Positions 18,997 through 29,156 of a stretch of DNA of 42,088 nucleotides are shown here, piece by piece. The position numbers and the translations under genes were made by a program. The DNA lies in contig CAXAZV010000001.1 in NCBI GenBank assembly GCA_963973375.1, positions 1 to 42,088 of the forward strand. The letters are read 5' to 3'. A model generated the notes under the pieces. That model ran no database searches. It saw only the letters and a program-made list of their open reading frames with translations, and had not been told where the DNA came from. The stretch comes from an uncultured Antarcticibacterium sp. (GTDB lineage: Bacteria > Bacteroidota > Bacteroidia > Flavobacteriales > Flavobacteriaceae). Each line of letters opens with the position of its first letter. The stretch's first letter is position 1.

Positions 18997-20740
18997 GACA
19001 GTAAATATAAATCTTGCAGGCGTTTTCTTTCATATTGATGAGAACGCTTATATAAAATTGCAACACTATCTTGATGCAATAAAACGCTCTTTAACAAATA
19101 CCCAGGGTCAGGATGAAATTATTGCCGACATTGAAGCACGAATTGCCGAGCTTTTCAATGAGAAGATAAAGACGGACCGCCAGGTAATTGGATCCAAGGA
19201 AGTAGACGAGGTGATAGCCGTTCTTGGACAACCCGAAGATTATATGCTGGATGAGGAGATCTTTGAAGACGAACCTGTCTATAGCAAAACCAAAACAACC
19301 GGAAAACAACTTTTTCGTGATACCGAACATTCCTATGTGGGTGGGGTATCTTCAGGACTAGGTCATTACCTTGGAATTGCCCCTATTTGGGTAAGGATCC
19401 TGTGGATCATTCTTACCCTGGCATCCAGTGGAGCTTTCATCCTTATTTATATCGCCCTATGGATCTTTGTGCCGGAAGCCAAAACTACGGCAGATAAGCT
19501 TTCTATGCGGGGTGAGGAAGTGAATATTTCCAATATTGAGCGAAAAATTCGGGAAGAATTTGAGAATGTATCTGGTAGAATGAAAAATGTGGATTATGAG
19601 AAATACGGAAATCAGGCCCGGTCTGGAGCAAGCTCCGCGGCAAAAGGTGTAGGTTCCGGGATCTTATTTCTGCTCAACATTTTTGTAAAGCTTATAGGTG
19701 TTCTAATCCTTCTTATCGCAGGTACAACCCTAATAGGTTTGTTCATAGGCCTGTTTACAATGGGGACCTTTGGATTAATTGACGCTCCCTGGACAGATTA
19801 TATTGAAATGACGGCAATTGGAGCACCTCTATGGTTGCTTTCACTTCTGGCCTTCTTTGCAATTGGAATTCCGTTCTTTTTCCTGTTCATCCTGGGATTA
19901 AAAATCCTGGTAAAGAACCTGAAAACTATAGGAACCCCGGCGAAACTGGTATTGCTCGGCCTTTGGTTGTTATCTGTAATTGGACTTGCTGTTATTGGAA
20001 TTCAGCAGGCAACACAACGGGCTTTTGAGGGGGAAGTAGTAATAACTGAAACTTTGCCTGTAACCAGTACAGACACCTTATTTCTTGCGATGCAATCTAA
20101 CCCTTTGTATACCTCAGGCGTACACAAAGGGGGGGTAACCATCAAATATGATGAGAGTGACAACAAAGTGATGTATATTACAGATGTACGGCTGGTAATA
20201 AAATCTACCAAAGATTCTTTGGCAAGAATGGAGATAATTAAAATGGCCGATGGAAGTGACTTCCGTGACGCCCGGGACAGAGCTGAAAACATTACGTATA
20301 ACACCAATTTTAGCGACGGGAAATTATATCTTGATTCCTTCATTACCGCACCCCTGCAGAATCATTACAGGGAGCAGGAAGTGCGGGTAGTGATCTACCT
20401 TCCTGAAGGTGCAACCTTATATGCCGACAAGAATATCTCAAATTTCCACCGTTCATCAGATTACTATGGAAATATACTTAATTACAACACCGAAGGTAAA
20501 TACCTTCAGATCATTGAAAACGGTTATAATTGTGAGGATTGTGAAACTGAAGAAGATGACTGGAACAATGATTCCTGGGATGAAGAAATGGAAGATCCTA
20601 TTGAGGAAAATGGATGGGAAGCTGACAGTATTACCGGAGAAGTAAAAGTAAGGATAGATGAGAACGGAATTCAAATCAATAACAGGAATTCTGATAAAAT
20701 AAGAATAAATAAAAATGGCGTTGCAATTCAAAAATCCTAA
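18989..20740 (+). CDS. PspC domain-containing membrane protein
   Basis: EIIADIEARIAELF, LFRD...VGGVSSGLGHYLGI..IWVRI, YIALWIFVPEA; several TMs and a periplasmic C-terminus. Confidence 0.88.
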   Translation: MNKTVNINLAGVFFHIDENAYIKLQHYLDAIKRSLTNTQGQDEIIADIEARIAELFNEKIKTDRQVIGSKEVDEVIAVLGQPEDYMLDEEIFEDEPVYSKTKTTGKQLFRDTEHSYVGGVSSGLGHYLGIAPIWVRILWIILTLASSGAFILIYIALWIFVPEAKTTADKLSMRGEEVNISNIERKIREEFENVSGRMKNVDYEKYGNQARSGASSAAKGVGSGILFLLNIFVKLIGVLILLIAGTTLIGLFIGLFTMGTFGLIDAPWTDYIEMTAIGAPLWLLSLLAFFAIGIPFFFLFILGLKILVKNLKTIGTPAKLVLLGLWLLSVIGLAVIGIQQATQRAFEGEVVITETLPVTSTDTLFLAMQSNPLYTSGVHKGGVTIKYDESDNKVMYITDVRLVIKSTKDSLARMEIIKMADGSDFRDARDRAENITYNTNFSDGKLYLDSFITAPLQNHYREQEVRVVIYLPEGATLYADKNISNFHRSSDYYGNILNYNTEGKYLQIIENGYNCEDCETEEDDWNNDSWDEEMEDPIEENGWEADSITGEVKVRIDENGIQINNRNSDKIRINKNGVAIQKS

Positions 20741-20742
20741 TC

Positions 20743-20943
20743 ATGACAGCCTTGATCAAAACAATCATAGCCGCTATTATTGGAACGTTTGGTTCCCTTG
20801 AAATGGACCAAACTCCTCCAATGGAGCTCACAGTACTTAAGGCAGAAAAAAAATGTTCCTCCAGTGTTTATTTTACACCTGAAACCAACTGTAAAAATAA
20901 TGTTATTTCATGGGAATGTTTAAATTCCTCCTCTGCTTCCTAA
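20743..20943 (+). CDS. Small hypothetical, possibly exported protein (66 aa)
   Basis: Starts 2 bp after the pspC stop; hydrophobic N-terminus. Confidence 0.45.
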   Translation: MTALIKTIIAAIIGTFGSLEMDQTPPMELTVLKAEKKCSSSVYFTPETNCKNNVISWECLNSSSAS

Positions 20944-20987
20944 AATAATGATATATTAGCCCATCTAACTCTTAAAAATTAATGATT

Positions 20988-21239
20988 ATGAAAAAATTTT
21001 TTAAAACTGGTTTACTTTTAATGGCAATAAGTATTTCTGTAGTGGCGTGTCGTGAAACCAATGAAGCCGATGATATGGATGATATGGATGACATGCATAC
21101 CGAAGCAGGGGCTGATATAAAAGTAAGCGAAGATGGGTCAAAAGTTAAGATCAAAACCGATGATTCAAAGGTAAAGATCAAAACAGACGATGACGGAGAA
21201 TACAAGAAAAAAGTAAAAGTTGATAACGACGATAATTAG
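20988..21239 (+). CDS. Small lipoprotein with internal repeats
   Basis: MKKFFK signal, lipobox SVVAC, (DDM)x3 and 2x SKVKIKTDD; alternative start 20982. Confidence 0.75.
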   Translation: MKKFFKTGLLLMAISISVVACRETNEADDMDDMDDMHTEAGADIKVSEDGSKVKIKTDDSKVKIKTDDDGEYKKKVKVDNDDN

Positions 21240-21254
21240 TATTATCGAATTCAC

Positions 21255-21283
21255 AAAAAAAGTCCCTTTTCAGGGACTTTTTT
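21255..21283. terminator. Bidirectional Rho-independent terminator
   Basis: AAAAAAAGTCCCT-TTTC-AGGGACTTTTTT. Confidence 0.85.
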
Positions 21284-21304
21284 ATTTATTATAATTCTCG
21301 AGAC

Positions 21305-22282
21305 TTATTGAGCGGTAATTTCCTTCTCCTCGGTCTTTTCTATGGTACTTAAATATCTTTCAGCATCCAGGGCAGCCATACAACCTGTACCGGCGGCTGT
21401 TATGGCCTGGCGGTATTCTTTATCCTGTACATCACCAGAGGCAAAAACACCGGGAAGGTTTGTCTTGGTAGATTTCCCTTTGGTAATAAGATATCCCATA
21501 TCATCCATATCCAAATAGCCTTTAAATATCTCGGTATTCGGCTTATGCCCTATTGCAATAAACAATCCGGTGATCTCAATGGTTTCTTTCTCTCCTGTTT
21601 TTCGGTCAATCATTCTCAAACCTTCAACTACCTGCTCTCCCAAAACCTCATCTACTTCGGTATTGTAGCGTAGATCTATATTGCTTGTATTTGTTACCCT
21701 GTGTTGCATAGCTTTGGAAGCTCTCATTTCATCCCCTCTTACCAGCATAGTAACTTTTTTACATATATTGGCAAGATAGGTGGCTTCTTCAGCAGCGGTA
21801 TCACCCCCACCAACTATGGCGACTTCCTGATTCTTATAGAAAAATCCATCACACACCGCACAGGCAGATACTCCACCACCTCGTAAGCGTTGTTCACTTG
21901 GCAATCCTAAATATTTTGCAGTAGCTCCGGTTGAAATGATTACCGTTTCGGCTTCTACCCAATGAGCGTTATCTATACAGGCTTTATGGATCCCGCCTTG
22001 TTCCTTGCTTAGTTCAACTTCGGTAACCATTCCAATTCGTACCTGGGTTCCAAATCTTTCGGCCTGTTTTTGAAGGTCTACCATCATTGAAGGCCCATCT
22101 ATTCCTTCAGGATATCCGGGAAAGTTGTCAACTTCAGTAGTGGTGGTCAACTGGCCTCCGGGCTCCATCCCTGTATACATAACAGGGTGCATATCTGCAC
22201 GCGCGGCATAAATAGCTGCGGTATATCCCGCGGGCCCTGATCCTATAATAAGACATTTTATTCTTTCTATCTTGTCTGTCAT
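21305..22282 (-). CDS. trxB: Thioredoxin-disulfide reductase
   Basis: IIGSGPAGYTAA, CAVCDG, VGGGDTAAEEA, YRQAITAAGTG. Confidence 0.96.
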   Translation of the reverse strand: MTDKIERIKCLIIGSGPAGYTAAIYAARADMHPVMYTGMEPGGQLTTTTEVDNFPGYPEGIDGPSMMVDLQKQAERFGTQVRIGMVTEVELSKEQGGIHKACIDNAHWVEAETVIISTGATAKYLGLPSEQRLRGGGVSACAVCDGFFYKNQEVAIVGGGDTAAEEATYLANICKKVTMLVRGDEMRASKAMQHRVTNTSNIDLRYNTEVDEVLGEQVVEGLRMIDRKTGEKETIEITGLFIAIGHKPNTEIFKGYLDMDDMGYLITKGKSTKTNLPGVFASGDVQDKEYRQAITAAGTGCMAALDAERYLSTIEKTEEKEITAQ

Positions 22283-22452
22283 TTCAGAAATTTTTAAGTA
22301 TTGTAAAAGTAAGGACTTTAGTTAAATTGCTCTAGAAAATAATGGCAAGATTTGTATTTCTGGAAAATTACAAGTGGATAAAGCAATTATAATTAAGGGT
22401 ATTGGACAGGAATTTAATTAATTCCTTTTTTAAAGGTAACTTTGGTTCCCGT

Positions 22453-23076
22453 ATGGATTTTTCACTATTTAATGTACTAGACTTGCTTGGAACCGTGGCT
22501 TTTGCCATATCTGGCGCATTGGCGGCTATGAACCGCAAACTTGACCTTTTTGGAATTTTCATTATCGCCTTTGTAACTTCTATTGGGGGAGGGACTTTGC
22601 GGGATATTCTCATAGGAGCTACACCCACCTGGATGCTGAATACCATCTATATTTATTTTATAGGGGGAGTAACTATCCTCTCCATAATTTTCAGGAATAA
22701 GATCAATTACCTTAAAACCTCCCTGTTCCTTTTTGATACTATTGGATTGGGGGTTTTTACCATTACCGGGGTTGAAATTGGACTGCAGAATGATCTAGAT
22801 CCAATAGTATGCATAACTCTGGTCGCTATGACCGGAACTTTTGGCGGGGTGCTTAGGGATATTTTGTGTGCTGAAATTCCTGTGATCTTTAGAAAAGAGA
22901 TCTATGCTACTGCATCGCTTACAGGGGGACTGGTATTTATTATCCTAAATAACTTCAATGTAAATACAGATGTAATTTACATTATTACCTCTCTTATAAT
23001 AATCTCCATAAGGCTGGTAGTGGTTAAATACCATATATCACTTCCAACCTACAGGCTAAATGAGGAGGAAAAGTAG
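22453..23076 (+). CDS. Trimeric intracellular cation channel (TRIC / UPF0126) membrane protein
   Basis: Duplicated GGGTLRD / GGVLRD motifs, FAISGA, EIYATA; -7 box TAACTTTG at 22437-22444 supports ATG 22453. Confidence 0.88.
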   Translation: MDFSLFNVLDLLGTVAFAISGALAAMNRKLDLFGIFIIAFVTSIGGGTLRDILIGATPTWMLNTIYIYFIGGVTILSIIFRNKINYLKTSLFLFDTIGLGVFTITGVEIGLQNDLDPIVCITLVAMTGTFGGVLRDILCAEIPVIFRKEIYATASLTGGLVFIILNNFNVNTDVIYIITSLIIISIRLVVVKYHISLPTYRLNEEEK

Positions 23077-23079
23077 TAT

Positions 23080-23493
23080 TTAATGTGGCAATTTCTTTCT
23101 AAATACTCCATATAAAAATGTTCCCAGCAAGGCCCCTATAAAAACAATAAGAATTGGAAGGTACCCGGCACCAATCAAGGTATATATAGGACCGGGACAG
23201 GCGCCGGCCAGTGCCCAACCTAAACCGAATAATAACCCACCTGCCATATATCTTGTAAAACCATTCTCCTTTGCCCTAAATTCTATAGGTTCTCCAAAGA
23301 CAGATTTCATATTAAACTTTTTTATCAACCAGGTGCCTGTTGCACCCAGTAGTACTGCAGAGCCCATGATCCCATACATGTGAAAGGATTGAAACTGAAA
23401 CATTTCATAGATCCGGAACCATGAGGCGGCTTCAGATTTATACATTACTATCCCGAAAAATATTCCAATTATTAAATATAAAAATGTTCTCAT
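23080..23493 (-). CDS. YeeE/YedE family sulfur-compound transporter subunit (DUF6691/PmpB-like)
   Basis: GGLLFGLGWALAGACPGP with conserved Cys. Confidence 0.85.
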   Translation of the reverse strand: MRTFLYLIIGIFFGIVMYKSEAASWFRIYEMFQFQSFHMYGIMGSAVLLGATGTWLIKKFNMKSVFGEPIEFRAKENGFTRYMAGGLLFGLGWALAGACPGPIYTLIGAGYLPILIVFIGALLGTFLYGVFRKKLPH

Positions 23494-23496
23494 GAT

Positions 23497-24054
23497 CTAA
23501 AATATTAAGGGGAATAAAACGTGAATCATAAATAAGCCTCCCAGAAAAAATCCTACAACAGCAATCAAAGAAGGTAATTGTAAATTACTTAGGCCAGAGA
23601 TAGCATGGCCAGAGGTACAACCTCCCGCATAGCGAGCCCCGAAACCAATTAATAAACCTCCAATAAGCAGGATAGCCAGAGCTTTTATATCGGTCAACGC
23701 ATCCAGGCTGTAAAGTTCATCTGGCATATATTCCTTTCCTGCGCTTGAAAATCCAAGTTCATTTAAGATTGCAACAGTATCAGGATTAATTGCGACCGCA
23801 GGATCATTGCTAAGAAAATGTGCCCCAAGAAACCCACCAATTACAGCACCAACTACTACAATAAGGTTCCAGCGATGTTCAACCCAGTTGAAATCAAAGA
23901 AATCGGCAGCCTTGTCTGCACCACATAAGGTGCACATGGTTCTTAGATTTGAAGACATTCCAAAAGACTTCCCAATGAAGATGAGAAGAAACATTATAAG
24001 GGCGATCAGCGGTCCCGAAACATACCAGGGCCAAGGTTCATAGATCATTTCCAT
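23497..24054 (-). CDS. YeeE/YedE family sulfur-compound transporter subunit (PmpA-like)
   Basis: WPWYVSGP; GFGARYAGGCTSGHAISG. Confidence 0.88.
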   Translation of the reverse strand: MEMIYEPWPWYVSGPLIALIMFLLIFIGKSFGMSSNLRTMCTLCGADKAADFFDFNWVEHRWNLIVVVGAVIGGFLGAHFLSNDPAVAINPDTVAILNELGFSSAGKEYMPDELYSLDALTDIKALAILLIGGLLIGFGARYAGGCTSGHAISGLSNLQLPSLIAVVGFFLGGLFMIHVLFPLIF

Positions 24055-24104
24055 AATTTATATTTTCGTTGTTGCTTTTAATTTTTAAAACCAGGATTTA
24101 GACC

Positions 24105-25646
24105 TTAAAGCGGAATATTTCCATGTTTTCTATCGGGCCGCTGTACTTTTTTATTCTCCAGCATGCTAAAGGCCTTTAGCAATTTTCGCCTTGTATCCTT
24201 AGGCTTGATCACTTCATCAATAAACCCACGTTGTGCAGCTTCAAAGGGGGTGGCAAATTTTTCGGCATACTCTGCTTCTTTTTCTGAAAGTTTTAATTCA
24301 GGGTCTGCGGCTTCCATGATCTCTTTTCTGAAAATGATCTCACTTGCTCCCTTTGCTCCCATAACGGCAATTTCAGCAGTAGGCCAGGCGAAATTCAGGT
24401 CGGCACCAATATGTTTGGAATTCATCACATCATAAGCACCTCCATAAGCTTTTCTGGTAATTACCGTAACCCTTGGCACGGTAGCTTCGCTTAAAGCATA
24501 CAACAATTTAGCCCCGTTAAGTATGATCCCGTTCCATTCCTGATCTGTTCCCGGTAAAAAGCCGGGCACATCCACCAAAACCAATAGTGGAATATTAAAG
24601 CAATCACAAAAACGGGTAAAGCGTGCTGCTTTTTTGGAAGACTCAACGTCCAATACTCCAGCAAGGCTCATAGGTTGGTTTGCAACAATTCCTATGCTTC
24701 TGCCACCCAGGCGTGCAAAGCCAACAATAATATTATCTGCATAGTCCTTATGGATCTCAAAAAAGGAGTCTTCATCAATTATTCCCTTAATCACCTCGTG
24801 CATATCATAAGGCTTATTGGAGCTGTCCGGCACGATACTTTCCAATGATTCCCTTATTTCCTCTCCCAATGTATAGGGCAATTTCAAGGGTGTTTCTTTA
24901 TTATTCTGGGGCAGGTAGCTCAATAATTTTTTAATGTCCTCCAGGCACGCGATATCACTTACAGCGGTAAGATGGGTTACTCCAGATTTGGTGGAGTGGG
25001 TACTGGCACCGCCCAATTCTTCTGAAGTTACGTTCTCATTGGTCACAGTTTTTACCACATTAGGGCCGGTTACAAACATATAGCTGGTATCCTGCACCAT
25101 AATGGTAAAATCTGTCATTGCCGGGGAATACACTGCTCCGCCCGCGCAAGGCCCCATTATTGCAGAAATTTGAGGGATCACACCAGATGCCTGCACATTG
25201 CGGTAAAAAATATCTGCGTAACCACCCAGAGAGCGTACCCCTTCCTGAATTCTGGCTCCTCCCGAATCGTTTAATCCAATTACCGGGGCCCCAACTTTCA
25301 TGGCGTGGTCCATTACCTTGCAAATCTTTTCTGCGTGAGTTTCAGACAGGGCACCTCCAAACACAGTAAAATCCTGGGCAAATACATATACCAGCCTTCC
25401 ATTTACTGTCCCATACCCTGTAACCACCCCGTCGCCGTAGAATTTTTGTTTTTCCATCCCAAAATCTGTAGTACGGTGTGTAACAAGGATCCCAATCTCC
25501 TCAAAAGAGCCTTCATCCAGAAAGTAATTTACCCTTTCCCGGGCAGTAAGTTTCTTTTTTTCGTGTTGTTTTGCGATTCGGGCCTCACCTCCTCCCAAAT
25601 GGGCCTTGGCGATCTTCTCCTCTAGTTTGGCTATATTCTGGCTCAT
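24105..25646 (-). CDS. Acyl-CoA carboxylase beta (carboxyltransferase), PccB-like
   Basis: [45 protein letters not shown]. Confidence 0.93.
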   Translation of the reverse strand: MSQNIAKLEEKIAKAHLGGGEARIAKQHEKKKLTARERVNYFLDEGSFEEIGILVTHRTTDFGMEKQKFYGDGVVTGYGTVNGRLVYVFAQDFTVFGGALSETHAEKICKVMDHAMKVGAPVIGLNDSGGARIQEGVRSLGGYADIFYRNVQASGVIPQISAIMGPCAGGAVYSPAMTDFTIMVQDTSYMFVTGPNVVKTVTNENVTSEELGGASTHSTKSGVTHLTAVSDIACLEDIKKLLSYLPQNNKETPLKLPYTLGEEIRESLESIVPDSSNKPYDMHEVIKGIIDEDSFFEIHKDYADNIIVGFARLGGRSIGIVANQPMSLAGVLDVESSKKAARFTRFCDCFNIPLLVLVDVPGFLPGTDQEWNGIILNGAKLLYALSEATVPRVTVITRKAYGGAYDVMNSKHIGADLNFAWPTAEIAVMGAKGASEIIFRKEIMEAADPELKLSEKEAEYAEKFATPFEAAQRGFIDEVIKPKDTRRKLLKAFSMLENKKVQRPDRKHGNIPL

Positions 25647-25652
25647 AGTTTC

Positions 25653-27092
25653 TTAATTGGGTAATCTAAGCAATTGTTGATCTTTAATATATTGTTTTAA
25701 AGCAAGGAGGGCAGCGAGTCTGGCTTCCTCCTCAATTTCGCTTTTAAGTTTTTCTGCGGAATAATAATTCTTTACAAAATGAGTATCAAAATTTCCACTT
25801 CGGAAGGCTTCATGTTCAAATACAAATTTTCCGAAGGGAAGAGTTGTCATTACTCCTTTTATCTCATAAGCCCCAATGGCTTTTATCATTAATTGTATAG
25901 CCTCTTCCCTGTTCTTTCCGTACGTGATAAGTTTGGCAAGCATAGGGTCATAATAAATTGGTACTTCCATTCCCTCTTCAAAACCATCGTCCAGGCGTAT
26001 GCCTTCTCCCTGCGGAGTTCTGTAACGCTCCAGTGTACCCACACTTGGCATAAAATTATCCAGCGGGTCTTCAGCATAAATACGTAGTTCTACCGCGTGA
26101 CCGTTAATTTTTAGATCATTCTGAGAGAACTGTAAAACTTCTCCCCTGGCTACTTTAATTTGTTGTTCTACAAGATCTATCCCTGTTATAAGCTCGGTCA
26201 CGGGATGTTCCACCTGCAGCCGGGTATTCATCTCCAAAAAATAGAAATTTTTATTTTCATCAAGCAGGAACTCAACTGTTCCGGCACCTACATAATCACA
26301 GGCTTCGGCAACCTTTACGGCAGCTTCTCCCATAGCTTTTCTTATTTCGGGAGTTAGCACTGTTGATGGAGCTTCCTCTACTACTTTTTGGTGGCGGCGT
26401 TGAATGCTGCATTCCCGTTCAAAAAGGTAGAGTGTATTTCCATGGGTATCTGCCAGCACCTGGATCTCGATGTGCCTTGGTGATGAAACGTATTTTTCAA
26501 TAAATACAGACCCATCTCCAAAAGCAGATTCTGCCTCACTTATAGCCCTTTTCATCTGGCTTTCCAGGTCTTTTTCCTGTTCTACAATGCGCATTCCTTT
26601 ACCCCCTCCACCGGCAGAGGCTTTTATTAAAATGGGAAAACCAATTTCCTTTGCAATTTTACGCGCCTTATCTACATTGGTGATCGCTTCATCTATTCCT
26701 GGAACCATAGGGATCCCATAATCCTTTACGGCATCTTTGGCCGCAAGTTTGCTTCCCATTATCCTTATGGCTTTTGAGCCCGGGCCAATCCAGGTAATAC
26801 CGTTCTTTTCAACAGCCTCGGCAAAATCGGCATTCTCGCTTAAAAATCCGTATCCGGGATGTATTCCATCTACATTTAACTCTTTGGCCACTTCTATGAT
26901 CTTATTGCCTAATAAATAGGACTCGTTGGATGGTGGAGGGCCTATGCATACAGCTTCATCGGCAAATTTAACGTGAGGTGCATTACGGTCGGCAGTAGAA
27001 AATACCGCAACGGTTTTGATCCCCATTCTTTGAGCAGTTCTCATCACTCGAAGGGCAATTTCCCCGCGGTTGGCAACTAGTATTTTTTTCAT
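25653..27092 (-). CDS. accC: Biotin carboxylase subunit
   Basis: ANRGEIA, HPGYGFLSEN, GGGGKGMR, ERECSIQRRHQK, EMNTRLQVEH. Confidence 0.93.
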   Translation of the reverse strand: MKKILVANRGEIALRVMRTAQRMGIKTVAVFSTADRNAPHVKFADEAVCIGPPPSNESYLLGNKIIEVAKELNVDGIHPGYGFLSENADFAEAVEKNGITWIGPGSKAIRIMGSKLAAKDAVKDYGIPMVPGIDEAITNVDKARKIAKEIGFPILIKASAGGGGKGMRIVEQEKDLESQMKRAISEAESAFGDGSVFIEKYVSSPRHIEIQVLADTHGNTLYLFERECSIQRRHQKVVEEAPSTVLTPEIRKAMGEAAVKVAEACDYVGAGTVEFLLDENKNFYFLEMNTRLQVEHPVTELITGIDLVEQQIKVARGEVLQFSQNDLKINGHAVELRIYAEDPLDNFMPSVGTLERYRTPQGEGIRLDDGFEEGMEVPIYYDPMLAKLITYGKNREEAIQLMIKAIGAYEIKGVMTTLPFGKFVFEHEAFRSGNFDTHFVKNYYSAEKLKSEIEEEARLAALLALKQYIKDQQLLRLPN

Positions 27093-27154
27093 TTTATATT
27101 TTAATTGCAGACATTTAAAATTAATCCGGGTGTTGTATTCTTAGGAACCGGGGC

Positions 27155-27640
27155 TTATTCCATCTCAATGAGCAATTGGTTCTTATCAACCGTTTCCCCT
27201 TTTTTTACGCTAATAGATTTTACAACTCCGTCTCGTGGGGCCGTAAGGGTGTTTTCCATTTTCATTGCTTCCAGAACCAGTAAGTAATCTCCCTCTTTAA
27301 CTTTATCCCCCTGCTTAATACTCACATCCAGGATCAACCCCGGCATAGGGGCTTTAATATCATTAACCATTGCGGCGGTTCCAAGAGACAATCCCATTTC
27401 CTCGATCAAAAGGTCCAGATCATTGGAAATTTTCACCTCGTAAATATTGTTATTGATCCTGGCCCTGTACTGCTTTTTTAAAAAATTGGATTGTACTATC
27501 TCCCCTTTAAAGGAACGGGGGCCGTTTAAGATATGATATTGGGAAGGGGAAATTTCATTAGAATCCAAAGCATCAATTTGCTTTTGCGTGAATTCAAATT
27601 CCAAAGAATCATTCACCTTGACCTTGTATCTTTTTTCCAT
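27155..27640 (-). CDS. Biotin carboxyl carrier protein
   Basis: APMPG and EAMKM biotinylation motif; start trimmed to ATG 27640. Confidence 0.92.
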   Translation of the reverse strand: MEKRYKVKVNDSLEFEFTQKQIDALDSNEISPSQYHILNGPRSFKGEIVQSNFLKKQYRARINNNIYEVKISNDLDLLIEEMGLSLGTAAMVNDIKAPMPGLILDVSIKQGDKVKEGDYLLVLEAMKMENTLTAPRDGVVKSISVKKGETVDKNQLLIEME

Positions 27641-27732
27641 TATTATTGGTTTGAAAGAGATTTCTTTAAGTTGTGTTGTAAATATAGAAAAAGCTATGCG
27701 CTTGAACTGAGACTTCAACAAACAATTAAGAT

Positions 27733-27766
27733 AAAAAAAACCTCAACGAAAATATTTCATTGAGGC
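27733..27766 (-). terminator. Probable terminator after the MBL-rhodanese gene
   Basis: CCTCAACGAAA-ATA-TTTCATTGAGG hairpin with an A8 tract on the plus strand (U-tract on minus). Confidence 0.6.
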
Positions 27767-27789
27767 TTAATAGTGTACAACTTTAAAAA

Positions 27790-29127
27790 TTAATCGAATT
27801 GCTTGATATCTTCTCCCAGATCAAACACTTTTACCTTTTTAAATTTATTTTCAAGAATGCTGCTTCCGGCGGCTGACCGGTATCCGCCGGCACAATGCAC
27901 CACTATTGGTTTATTCCGGGGGATCTCATCTGCCTTTTCCCGCAATTCATTTAGGGGAACTGTGATGGCATCTTTAAATAATTTGCCCTCCTCTACCTCG
28001 CTTTTATTCCGGATATCTACAATAGTATACTTGCTTTTATTTTCTTTAAAATCGCTGAGTTCAAGATCTTCAGATTTTGCTTTTACTTTACCAGATAAAG
28101 TAATTAAACCTTTGAGTTGTTTTTCATACCCTATTTTGGCGGTTCGTTCCAGGATATTTTCCAACTTATCCACACCTTCCAATACCAGGTAAAAAGATTC
28201 TTTGGGTTTTATAATGGCTCCCAGCCAGGTCTCAAACTTATCGACTTCTCCCCTGGCCATGATATTTATACTGCCGGGAATATGTCCTTTTTTATAATCT
28301 GCCTCATCCCGTGTATCTACCACAGTTATATCTTTCTCCACTTTAGAAACATTCAACTTTAAACCAACTGCATGTTTCATTTTTTGAACATTTCCTGCCC
28401 CTTTCTTATTTAGATCAACATTAAAACCAAAATAAGCAGGTATCATAGGTTGATCCTTAAGGATCTCTTCCACAAATTCTTCTTCGGTTTGTTTCTTAAA
28501 GGCCCAGTTATCCCTTCGTTCTTCACCCAGGGTACTGGAAGCTGCATCGCTCATGTTCTTTCCACATAAAGATCCCGCCCCGTGGGTAGGATACACAAAA
28601 GCATGATCCGGGAGATCATTAAATTTTGTTTGCATGGTATTGTACATTGCTTTTGCCAGTTCTATTCGTTTAGATTTTTTCTTCCCGGATTTCTCCCTCA
28701 GGTCCGGACGGCCAACATCTCCAATAAATAAGGTATCTCCTGTGAATAAAGCGGTTTTGGAATTTTCTGTGGCAACAAATGTGAGACTGTCCGGGGAATG
28801 GCCGGGAGTGTGCAATGCCTTAAAAGTAGTCTTTCCAACCTTTATGCTTTTTCCCTCACCAAAACTTTTATGAGGATATTTGGCATCTACCAATTTGCTT
28901 ACATAGATAGTAGCATCGGTTTGTTTATGAATTTGAAGGTGGCCGCTTACAAAATCGGCATGAGGATGGGTTTCAAGAACCGCAATGATCTCTGCATGTT
29001 GTTCTTCAGCATATTTGTAATATGGCAAAGGATCTCTAGATGGATCAATGATAGCCATTTTTCCATCGCTTACAACCGCATAGGAATAATGAGATAGAGG
29101 TTTATCCTTAAATTGTTTGATAGTCAT
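27790..29127 (-). CDS. MBL-fold persulfide dioxygenase-rhodanese fusion (CstB/ETHE1-like)
   Basis: ETHPHADFVSGH, TPGHSP, FTGDTLFIGDVGRPDL, HGAGSLCG; two rhodanese domains, the last with catalytic HCAGGYRS. Confidence 0.85.
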   Translation of the reverse strand: MTIKQFKDKPLSHYSYAVVSDGKMAIIDPSRDPLPYYKYAEEQHAEIIAVLETHPHADFVSGHLQIHKQTDATIYVSKLVDAKYPHKSFGEGKSIKVGKTTFKALHTPGHSPDSLTFVATENSKTALFTGDTLFIGDVGRPDLREKSGKKKSKRIELAKAMYNTMQTKFNDLPDHAFVYPTHGAGSLCGKNMSDAASSTLGEERRDNWAFKKQTEEEFVEEILKDQPMIPAYFGFNVDLNKKGAGNVQKMKHAVGLKLNVSKVEKDITVVDTRDEADYKKGHIPGSINIMARGEVDKFETWLGAIIKPKESFYLVLEGVDKLENILERTAKIGYEKQLKGLITLSGKVKAKSEDLELSDFKENKSKYTIVDIRNKSEVEEGKLFKDAITVPLNELREKADEIPRNKPIVVHCAGGYRSAAGSSILENKFKKVKVFDLGEDIKQFD

Positions 29128-29156
29128 GATCTGGAATTTTCCTAAAAATAATTTTT

